Shown: one piece after another, positions 36,319-44,044 of the stretch
Layout of the letters: each line of letters starts with the position of its first letter
Numbering within the stretch: position 1 is the stretch's first letter
From: Planctomycetota bacterium
GTDB lineage: Bacteria; Planctomycetota; UBA11346
Direction of reading: 5' to 3'
NCBI GenBank assembly: GCA_043775355.1
Contig: JAYVSL010000025.1
Coordinates: 224 to 64,223 of the forward strand
Length of the DNA: 64,000 bases
Translations under genes and position numbers: made by a program
The notes under the pieces: model-generated
Database searches by the model: none
Told to the model about the DNA's origin: nothing
Seen by the model: the letters and a program-made list of their open reading frames with translations, nothing else

Positions 36319-37161
36319 CTAACCCATTCGCACAAGATGCGCGAAACGATCTTTGCCTGCAAGGTCACGAATGGTGGTCGCACTGAAGCCGTTGGCTTGC
36401 GCGATCACCTTGATCGCCGCGCTCTGGGTCCAACCATGCTCAAGCACGGCTTCGCCCGTTGGCGTTAACACGCGCGATATATCGGCGATCAATTCACCAA
36501 TCAGATCCAGGCCATCGGCTCCAGAAAATAATGCGCGTTGCGGTTCGAAGGCTAACTCGGGATCACACTCTGCACGTTCGCCTTCACCAATGTAGGGCAA
36601 GTTGGCGACCACCAGATCAAACGGACCATGTTGTTGCTGCGCCAAATGTCCGTGCGCCCAATGGACCGCGAGTGCCAAGCGTTCGCCGTTGGCGCGGGCG
36701 AAGACGAGCGCTTCCTCGCTCGCGTCCGTCGCCGTTACCTCCCATGTCGGATGCGCCTGTTTGATGCCGAGCGCGATCGCTCCGGAACCGGTTCCCACGT
36801 CAAGTAACCGCAGGTGATTGTCAGAAGGGAAACGCGCGAGAACGAACTCCACTAATTCTTCGGTCTCTGGCCGCGGAACCAAAACGCCTGGACCGACTTT
36901 CAACGTCAGCTTTCCGAAAGCCTGGTTTCCCAACACGTACGCCAACGGTTCTCGCCGTCCTCGACGCTGAACGAGCTGACGCAAGCGATCAACCTGATGA
37001 TCCTCCAACGGCATGTCGAAACGGGTGTAAAGATCCATCCGCGTCAGCGACAACGTTTCAGCAAAAATCCATTCGGTTTCTCGACGAGCATTGGTGATCC
37101 CATGCTGGGTCAGGTAATCTGTGCTACGACGCATCAAGTCCATCAAGGTCGGCAACACCAT
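36319..37161 (-). CDS. prmC: peptide chain release factor N5-glutamine methyltransferase
   Basis: 280 aa. LLDVGTGSGAIAL SAM site and VVANLPYI (NxPY catalytic motif). HemK/PrmC-like N-terminal helical domain. Confidence 0.85.
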   Translation of the reverse strand: MVLPTLMDLMRRSTDYLTQHGITNARRETEWIFAETLSLTRMDLYTRFDMPLEDHQVDRLRQLVQRRGRREPLAYVLGNQAFGKLTLKVGPGVLVPRPETEELVEFVLARFPSDNHLRLLDVGTGSGAIALGIKQAHPTWEVTATDASEEALVFARANGERLALAVHWAHGHLAQQQHGPFDLVVANLPYIGEGERAECDPELAFEPQRALFSGADGLDLIGELIADISRVLTPTGEAVLEHGWTQSAAIKVIAQANGFSATTIRDLAGKDRFAHLVRMG

Positions 37162-37336
37162 GGGTGAGACCCTAGTGCGCTCGCCACGTCAGGCCATCGA
37201 ATCTCCATTCACGCTCAGTGATAATAAATTCCGACCGGTGAAAATATCAGCTAAAATGCCGCTGATTGAGGCTCCTGAACCGCGACACTGGATTGACAAT
37301 CCCTTGACCCAGACAAGCTTCGCCGCCTTACAACCT

Positions 37337-37412
37337 GCTCCCATCGTCTAGAGGCCTAGGACAACGGGTTCTCATCTCGTGAACGCGAGTTCGAATCTCG
37401 CTGGGAGTACCA
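37337..37412 (+). tRNA. tRNA-Glu (anticodon CUC)
   Basis: Hand-folded cloverleaf. Acceptor GCTCCCA/TGGGAGT. D arm GTCT-AGAGGCCTA-GGAC, identical in pattern to the bacterial tRNA-Glu D arm. Anticodon stem ACGGG/CTCGT with loop TT-CTC-AT. T arm GCGAG-TTCGAAT-CTCGC. Encoded ACCA end. 76 nt. Confidence 0.9.
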
Positions 37413-37455
37413 AACGACCACACCCACGGAAAATTCCGTGGGTGTGGTCGTTTTT
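37413..37455. terminator. strong rho-independent terminator after tRNA-Glu, also placed to stop the convergent Calx-beta gene
   Basis: AACGACCACACCCACGG-aaaatt-CCGTGGGTGTGGTCGTT, a perfect 17-bp stem, then TTT. It starts right after the tRNA CCA. The convergent - strand gene stops at 37470. Confidence 0.85.
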
Positions 37456-37469
37456 ACAAGTCAGAAGAT

Positions 37470-40304
37470 TTAGATTGAGCGGCGACGGAAAGCGAACAGC
37501 CCAAACAATCCCAGGCCAACCAAGGCCGCTAAGCCAGAGCCCAGGCCGCAGCCGCCAGACGATGAACCGCTGTTGACCGATCCGGGTTTCGGCTTGTCTT
37601 TTGTCGGATCGTTAGGGTCTACTATTGGTGCAGCGGTAAGAGTCATCGTTGCTGTTTTTGCCGTAGATAATGAAGAATAGGCGGAATCATCGGTGATGGT
37701 TAGCGTCAGGCTGGTCGCAGTGCCATCTACGGTTGGATTGATGATCAAGTCAGCAGAACGAGTTGGAGACCCCGCAGGAATAGTGACCGTTGACTGAGCA
37801 TCAAAGTCGACGCCTTTAACGGCCCCAGTGAGGGTGTATTTGATGATGACAGACTGATCCAAAGCCAAACCCGCTGGCACGCCAGGGTAACTAAAACGAA
37901 AAATTCCAGGGGTTGCCGGGCGGGAAGCGTTCGTCACCACTGAAACTTGAAGCGTCGGCTCATTATCTTGTATCGTTACTGTCGCTGTACTTGGTGTGCC
38001 TATGACATAGGCAGTTCCTGTATTATTTACGCTCAATTGAACCGAACCAGATCCATCCGCTGATTGATTATCCAAGGCGCGCACACCAAGGGTTACCGAA
38101 TTCGTGCCTGCAAGAATTTTGAGTTGAGTCAAAAACCCACCGCTTACCGCATACGTTTGCGTTGGATTAGCAGGGTTGAAAAACTCATAACGTGAACCGA
38201 CGAGCGCCGTGCCTGCGACCCCAAGGCGCAAAGCGACCTCTCCACTCACCCCAGTAAGTCGGGCTATAGATATGGTAAATAATGCCGTATCGGCACTCGG
38301 CCCCTCACTCGCCACGGGATCGGTCGCCACAACCGTGACCGTACCCATGAGATTGACGATATTCATGGTCGCAGATGGATTGCTACCCGACGAAGGGCTG
38401 CCACCGGTCTTGTAATCTTCCGTGCCATTGAGCGTGACCGTTAATGAGGCGGGTGTTCCGGTCGCCTTTGGCACAACGCGCAAAAGGTATTCCGTCTGAC
38501 CGGGCGCAAACGTAACGGATCGAGGAAGCGTTTCGAATGACACGCCTTCAGCGCTCACTAGCGACGGCAGTGATGCTTCCAGGTAACTTGAAAGCGTGAA
38601 TGGAACCGTAATCGGTATGGGGAAAGCCTTTGAAAAAGTGAATCGGAGAGTTCCTTGAATATCAGGAAGCCCTGCGTTGGAAGCAACCGCGACTCCGGCA
38701 ATCACATCTCGATCTGCAATCGTAATCAAAACATCCTGCGGAGTAACGATGACGTAATCGTAATCAGCGATCATGCGCATGCGAACGAACTCGGCACCTT
38801 CCGCTCCATCGCCTTGTCCCGTTGGCTCAATGCTAAATTCGACTTTTCTTGAAATATTTGGAACGGCAATCTCCATTATATTGCCAGTCTGAATGACTGG
38901 TGTTAAGAGCGTCGTCACTGCGGCTGCCGTCTTCTGTTCGACAGCAAGTCCGCCCCCAGATCCCCCCTCATAGGGGGCTATGGTAACTTTAGCATGACGA
39001 CGCCTTTTCAGATCATTCGGATCAAAGCCGGGTACTTCAAACGGGATGACATTCGTGATAACATAAGGTTGCGTGTCGCCATCAAGCTTGATGACATCGG
39101 CTTCGTACAGTTCGCCCCAACCATCGCCTAATTTCAAAGACGTGGCACCCAAATCATACTTTTGTTCCACGATTATATCGGCAACCGTTACGCCAACAAT
39201 TTTGATCGCCGTGCCAGAGGGAACTGGACGATCTAAGTTTGGCGCGAAAGAAAGCTTAGAATTCGTTGCGATACCGCTAGATGTGTACTCCGTTTGATTG
39301 GGATCGGAATTAAAATAGAATTTAGTGTTCGCGGGAACGACACTCGTCCCAGCGCGCAGAGGTACTTCAGCTTCCCCAGGAAGAGCCGCCATCAACTTAT
39401 AGTTCAATCCCGTAGTCCCACTAAATCCAGATGAATTCGATGCAAAACCCAATTGGCTATAATCATCAGTGCTTGTATTAGGATTGTTATGACCGCAAAT
39501 TTTGTACTTGATCACATAATCAGTGTTAAGATCCGCTAGTTTCAAACCTGTTTCATCGTCTTTCCCATCACCATCAAGATCGTTTTGGCGATAGATTTGC
39601 ACGGAAAGATTACGAAGAAAATCTTTTCGACCTGCATATGTAGAAGGAAGCCCATCCTTATCGATGTTAGGAAATGAGTCGAAGACCACGTTTATGATAC
39701 CGCGACGCTTTGAAAACAAATCATCAGGGTCACCGCGCAAAGAAACGTCTTCGTCAGCCACTGGCTGCACCACTTCGATGTGAGCCTTGTGATCATCATC
39801 TGCGATGGTGAAAGAACGACTTGGGAATTGACCGACAATGTACGGCGGAGGCGTCAAGGTCGGGCTGACAATGGCCAGAACCAATTGCTCACGCCCTTCA
39901 ACGAGCGCGTCATCGACTGCTCGTACCCGGATGTCGACTGTGGTCTGGCCGTTATAGAAATTAACCGAACCGGAGGTGGCTTCATCGCCGCCTAATTCCC
40001 GCCACTGCGGAACCGGAAACCCAGACAAGCCATCAAGGTCGTACCATTCCAATTCATAGTCACTCGGTGAAGCGCTGCTCGTGCTGAGCACTTGCAAAGG
40101 AATAGATAGCACGCCGGAATTGCCCGAACGAACGAGCCTACAGGTACCCGGGGTCGCCACGTTACTTTCGTACACCACGCTCACACCAGGTTCGAGACTG
40201 ACGCTATCAGCATTGGCCAGGGAACACGTCAAAACGAACATGAGCGCCAGACCAACTCGCCCGAAGAATGTCGTCAGACAACGAAGACTTTGTTTCCTGA
40301 TCAT
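37470..40304 (-). CDS. large secreted Calx-beta-repeat surface protein with a C-terminal Cys-containing sorting-signal-like anchor
   Basis: Signal peptide MIRKQSLRCLTTFFGRVGLALMFVLTCSLANA from ATG 40304 (AGGA 5 nt upstream; the track ORF starts at GTG 40370). Several Calx-beta-like repeats (VRAVDDALVEGREQLVLAI...TIADDD; VRALDNQSADGSGSVQLSV...VTIQDNE). The tail is SGGCGLGSGLAALVGLGLFGLFAFRRRSI. Confidence 0.8.
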   Translation of the reverse strand: MIRKQSLRCLTTFFGRVGLALMFVLTCSLANADSVSLEPGVSVVYESNVATPGTCRLVRSGNSGVLSIPLQVLSTSSASPSDYELEWYDLDGLSGFPVPQWRELGGDEATSGSVNFYNGQTTVDIRVRAVDDALVEGREQLVLAIVSPTLTPPPYIVGQFPSRSFTIADDDHKAHIEVVQPVADEDVSLRGDPDDLFSKRRGIINVVFDSFPNIDKDGLPSTYAGRKDFLRNLSVQIYRQNDLDGDGKDDETGLKLADLNTDYVIKYKICGHNNPNTSTDDYSQLGFASNSSGFSGTTGLNYKLMAALPGEAEVPLRAGTSVVPANTKFYFNSDPNQTEYTSSGIATNSKLSFAPNLDRPVPSGTAIKIVGVTVADIIVEQKYDLGATSLKLGDGWGELYEADVIKLDGDTQPYVITNVIPFEVPGFDPNDLKRRRHAKVTIAPYEGGSGGGLAVEQKTAAAVTTLLTPVIQTGNIMEIAVPNISRKVEFSIEPTGQGDGAEGAEFVRMRMIADYDYVIVTPQDVLITIADRDVIAGVAVASNAGLPDIQGTLRFTFSKAFPIPITVPFTLSSYLEASLPSLVSAEGVSFETLPRSVTFAPGQTEYLLRVVPKATGTPASLTVTLNGTEDYKTGGSPSSGSNPSATMNIVNLMGTVTVVATDPVASEGPSADTALFTISIARLTGVSGEVALRLGVAGTALVGSRYEFFNPANPTQTYAVSGGFLTQLKILAGTNSVTLGVRALDNQSADGSGSVQLSVNNTGTAYVIGTPSTATVTIQDNEPTLQVSVVTNASRPATPGIFRFSYPGVPAGLALDQSVIIKYTLTGAVKGVDFDAQSTVTIPAGSPTRSADLIINPTVDGTATSLTLTITDDSAYSSLSTAKTATMTLTAAPIVDPNDPTKDKPKPGSVNSGSSSGGCGLGSGLAALVGLGLFGLFAFRRRSI

Positions 40305-40372
40305 AGGAATCCTGGAAGACGATGGTGTAGAAAAGTTCATTCGGCGCCTCGCAAGCTGGTGATGAAACACAT

Positions 40373-41134
40373 TTAGAAACGATACCCTGCGACTCCGCCG
40401 ATACCAAATCCACGCCGATTCAATTGCAGGTCACTGGTGAAACCGCCTGGGAAATCCATGTTGATGGAAGAGGCGCTGTAGGCGTAGGAAATATTAACAC
40501 CGTAAATAAGGCGTCGTTCGGTGATGTAAGCGCCAATGCGAAGACCCGCTTCCCAATAAAATCCTGTGCCGTTGCCGCGCTCGTAAACCGCAGGACTACC
40601 CGATGCTGCGGTATTTACTTCGTTATTGGCGAAGGCAAATCCGCCACCCAAGTGCGGCATAATTTCAATAAAGCCGGTGAATTCATCCAGATCGGTGACA
40701 CCTAATTGCCATCCACCAAGGAGATTGAGACCAACGGTGCGGTAATACAGATCGGTGCTCGAACCATTGGTAATCACCGCGCCATTCACCGTAAAATCGG
40801 CAGGAGTAATATCATAATTTCCAAACGCTAATTCGGCGCCCCATTGCCAGCCTTCGCCGCCGTTCGTGGTACCGCGACCAAATAACGCGGTCACTGCCGC
40901 CTGAAAACCATTGTCACGATTTCCGTTCCAGTCGTATTTGGTGGTCGTCCCAGCGCTGTCTTTGGATTTCTCAGTCACCTCTGGAGCTGCCACCACGCTG
41001 AGCGTCGCTTGCAGGCGGAAGTAATCAAAATCGACCACTTTAAGGTCTTCGGCCATAGCTGGTGCCATTGCAGCTAAGCCAAGACACCCTCCCATACCTA
41101 CCTTCGCCGCTAAGGTCATGAAAGGCTTTGTCAT
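40373..41134 (-). CDS. outer-membrane beta-barrel protein (porin/OmpA-beta-like), function unknown
   Basis: 253 aa. Signal peptide ending AMAPAMA, alternating aromatic/Gly-rich beta-strand pattern, and a C-terminal ...GVAGYRF (terminal Phe typical of BAM substrates). Confidence 0.7.
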   Translation of the reverse strand: MTKPFMTLAAKVGMGGCLGLAAMAPAMAEDLKVVDFDYFRLQATLSVVAAPEVTEKSKDSAGTTTKYDWNGNRDNGFQAAVTALFGRGTTNGGEGWQWGAELAFGNYDITPADFTVNGAVITNGSSTDLYYRTVGLNLLGGWQLGVTDLDEFTGFIEIMPHLGGGFAFANNEVNTAASGSPAVYERGNGTGFYWEAGLRIGAYITERRLIYGVNISYAYSASSINMDFPGGFTSDLQLNRRGFGIGGVAGYRF

Positions 41135-41430
41135 CCGAACTCCTGAAAAGTAAACACTGATTGGTACAACAAGCAGAGGTCGGGAGAGGCTAGCTACGGG
41201 CTCTTCCTACTTCAAGTGGCAGCTAGCAGTTGGGGGGAAGATGATGCATGACGCGGCGACTCTGGTGAGAAGGACTACCGGCTACGGGCCGCCGGTTCGC
41301 GCTGCGACGCCTTGTACAATCCCGATGGTCAGTAGCCGGCAGCCCGTCGTCCCTCTCATCCGGATGAACACAGCAACCCCTATCCATCGCTGCATCTTGA
41401 TGGAGCGATGGAGTCGAGCACCATGCTGAC

Positions 41431-42312
41431 ATGCGTCTCGACCACCTGTTTGCTGCCAAGGCCCGTACCCTGTCGTTCGAATTTTTTCCGCCGAAAAATG
41501 AGCGTTCTTGGATGACGCTTGAGGATGCCATCGAACAATTAGCCCCCCTTGGGCCGGATTTCGTGTCGGTGACCTATGGTGCTGGCGGCGGGACCCGAAC
41601 TAAAACCCGGGAGATCATCCAGCATATTCAGAGCAAAACCGGGATCACGGCGATGGCGCACTTGACCTGCGTCAACGCGACCAAGGCCGACCTCAGCGAA
41701 TTGTTAAATGAATACGCCACCTGCGGCGTTGCCAATTTGCTGGCCTTGCGCGGCGACCCTCCCAAGGGCGAGGCACGATTCACCCCAACCGATGGCGGCT
41801 GCGCCTATGCGCTTGATCTGATCAAGCTGATTCGTGCCGATGGCCGCTTCGCGATTACTTGCGCTGCGTTCCCTGAAAAACATCCGGATGCCGTCAGCAA
41901 AGAATCCGATTGGGCAAATCTGCAACGCAAACTTGAGGCAGGAGCCTGTGCGGCAATTACCCAATGTTTCTTTACCGTTCAGCCCTACATCGAATTACTC
42001 GCTCATTTAACTACGCGTCTTGGCTACACGCCGCGCATCATTCCTGGGATTTTGCCGATCACGAATTTCAAATCACTGGAACGTTTTTGCGTCACTTGCG
42101 GCGCCACTATTCCGGACACTTTACGCGCACAGCTAGGTCCGCTCGCTGAGGACGCCGTCGCCGTTCGTCGGGCTGGAATTGCCTATACCGTACGCTTCTG
42201 CCAAGAACTGCTCAACGCTGGAGCTCCTGGTCTGCATCTTTACGCGCTTAATCGTTCCACTGCCGTAGCAGAGGTCGTAACCGCGCTGCGGCTTTCTGGC
42301 CACCTCGACTAA
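41431..42312 (+). CDS. metF: methylenetetrahydrofolate reductase
   Basis: 293 aa. LSFEFFPPK, VTYGAGGGTR and HLTC motifs. Confidence 0.9.
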   Translation: MRLDHLFAAKARTLSFEFFPPKNERSWMTLEDAIEQLAPLGPDFVSVTYGAGGGTRTKTREIIQHIQSKTGITAMAHLTCVNATKADLSELLNEYATCGVANLLALRGDPPKGEARFTPTDGGCAYALDLIKLIRADGRFAITCAAFPEKHPDAVSKESDWANLQRKLEAGACAAITQCFFTVQPYIELLAHLTTRLGYTPRIIPGILPITNFKSLERFCVTCGATIPDTLRAQLGPLAEDAVAVRRAGIAYTVRFCQELLNAGAPGLHLYALNRSTAVAEVVTALRLSGHLD

Positions 42313-42334
42313 TCGCTGGAAAAAAAAGGCTTTA

Positions 42335-43639
42335 TCACCCATTGTCTTTTGGAGCTTTTGCTGGTCCTGCGATACCCGCTTTTATCCAAACGTCCCACGC
42401 ATCTTTGCCTTGATGGGTGAGCACAAAATCTTGCGGAATGTTTTCTGGACCGCGAACGACCAACATCTGCGCACCTGCACGCGCCGCACGTTCTAACACT
42501 TCTTCGCGTTGCGGATGCATGGCAGGCCAGCAACAAACCACATTTTCTATGCCTGAAAAAGTGACGTCTTCGGACTCAGCAAAAACACGATCTTGCTCTT
42601 CGAGCCATTGATGCTGCGCAACCGTCAGACGATCAGGATCGCTCTCGATCACATGTATCACTGAATCAGGGTACAATAAACGCACCGTCAGTGGCATGGT
42701 GCTCCATTCGCCACCGAGAAAAAGCCAACTGCCAGTGCGCAACGGAATTTCTAACAACAAATGCCAGATACCACCGCGTTCTTCTACCGCGATCTGGCGA
42801 CGCAAAAATAAGGGCAATCCAAATGAACGATGACGACGATGACGATCCAAATCACCCTGACGTAACATTTCGCACATCATCCGATGCCGTTCGTCGAGCA
42901 TAACTTCACGTACGCGAGCGGCAAATTGACGATGACTTTCTTCCGCGTGCGGATGCATGGCAGAAAGAATTCGACTGTGTACGCACGTCGGATGAATCCA
43001 CATTGATCCGGGACGCATACCAAGGCGTGATCCAGCAATCACGACTGGCACCACCGGGACGTTGAGGTTTTTCGCCAGCACGAAAGCGCCTGGACGAAAA
43101 CGATGAACAGCACCGTCACGACTGCGACTGCCCTCAGGAAAAACTAAAATGCCAACGCGCGAGTCCGGCAGCATCGCCGTGGCGCCTTCCTGAAAGTCTT
43201 CCGGGGTCAATTCGTCACTATTATACAATCCCGCCGCTCGTGCTGCGATGCCCAAGGGAAAAGCGCGAAAAACCCAGGTTTTCGCCAACAAGGTGCGAAT
43301 CCCAGGAAGGCTACAGGCCGCCAAGACATCCAGCATGCCTTCATGATTCGAGACGACGACGCGAGCTTTTTTCAGCGTCGCCATGTCACCATCGCAGCGC
43401 CATGACGCCGTCGGCGTGACGGCAAATACCGAACGCATGGCAAAGCGCATGGCCGTTGCAATCCATCGCCGCCGACCACCCGGCAAGATCATCGCCAACG
43501 GTAAAATCAACGGCAGCGTCAGACAAAAAAAAGCAAAGCAGCTGTAACCACACATGCTGTTGAGTACGGTCCAGCCATCTACCGGCCAAGCTTTCGACGA
43601 TCGTGTTTCGGTGGCGTTCATGCGCGTGTGTCGTTCCAC
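42335..43639 (-). CDS. lysophospholipid (1-acyl-sn-glycerol-3-phosphate-type) acyltransferase fused to an uncharacterised ~180-aa C-terminal domain
   Basis: 434 aa. N-terminal TM helices, acyltransferase motifs SNHEGMLD (HX4D) and VFPEGSRS. I could not assign the C-terminal part (aa ~255-434). Confidence 0.75.
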   Translation of the reverse strand: MERHTRMNATETRSSKAWPVDGWTVLNSMCGYSCFAFFCLTLPLILPLAMILPGGRRRWIATAMRFAMRSVFAVTPTASWRCDGDMATLKKARVVVSNHEGMLDVLAACSLPGIRTLLAKTWVFRAFPLGIAARAAGLYNSDELTPEDFQEGATAMLPDSRVGILVFPEGSRSRDGAVHRFRPGAFVLAKNLNVPVVPVVIAGSRLGMRPGSMWIHPTCVHSRILSAMHPHAEESHRQFAARVREVMLDERHRMMCEMLRQGDLDRHRRHRSFGLPLFLRRQIAVEERGGIWHLLLEIPLRTGSWLFLGGEWSTMPLTVRLLYPDSVIHVIESDPDRLTVAQHQWLEEQDRVFAESEDVTFSGIENVVCCWPAMHPQREEVLERAARAGAQMLVVRGPENIPQDFVLTHQGKDAWDVWIKAGIAGPAKAPKDNG

Positions 43640-43641
43640 AC

Positions 43642-44031
43642 TTAAACCAAGCGCGACACAACCTCTGGCGGAATACGCAGTGGACGACCATCACGTCCAA
43701 CACTGGCAACCGTGACCTCCGCCTCAGCACAAACGACAGCACCGTATTTTATGACCGTGCTGAACAACACTCGACTGGGGCCTTTGACGATGGCGGTGGT
43801 CTCACACGTTGCGAGATCATCGAAACGCAGGCTGCGTCGATAACGGATGTTCAGCTCCGTCACTGGCATCATTACGCCGCGTTCTTCGAGTTCGCGATAA
43901 CTGACACCAAGAACGCGTAGCAATTCAATGCGACATTCTTCGAGCCAGGTCACGTACGAGGCGTGATTGACCACCCCCATCTGATCGCTTTCACCGTAGC
44001 GTACGCGAATGGTGTGGGTGCCAGAAGCCAC
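43642..44031 (-). CDS. acyl-CoA thioesterase, 4HBT/YbgC family
   Basis: 129 aa. IRVRYGESDQMGVVNHASYVTWLEE is the hotdog-fold 4HBT signature. Confidence 0.8.
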   Translation of the reverse strand: MASGTHTIRVRYGESDQMGVVNHASYVTWLEECRIELLRVLGVSYRELEERGVMMPVTELNIRYRRSLRFDDLATCETTAIVKGPSRVLFSTVIKYGAVVCAEAEVTVASVGRDGRPLRIPPEVVSRLV

Positions 44032-44044
44032 TGGGAAGATTTCC

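Noticed and set aside
37337-41134. tRNA-Glu-adjacent genomic island hypothesis for the OMP/Calx-beta pair
   Set aside because: I saw no integrase, no transposase and no direct repeat of the tRNA 3' end bounding the region. The composition looks like the rest of the window by eye. I cannot exclude it without a computed GC/codon profile and comparative genomics.
41286-41342. Assignment of the metF leader to the SAH-riboswitch class
   Set aside because: Only fragments (CGCTGCGAC, GTCAG, an enclosing helix) resemble what I recall of the consensus. The inner hairpin pairs poorly, and I found no downstream segment able to form the required pseudoknot. I kept it only as an unclassified structured leader.
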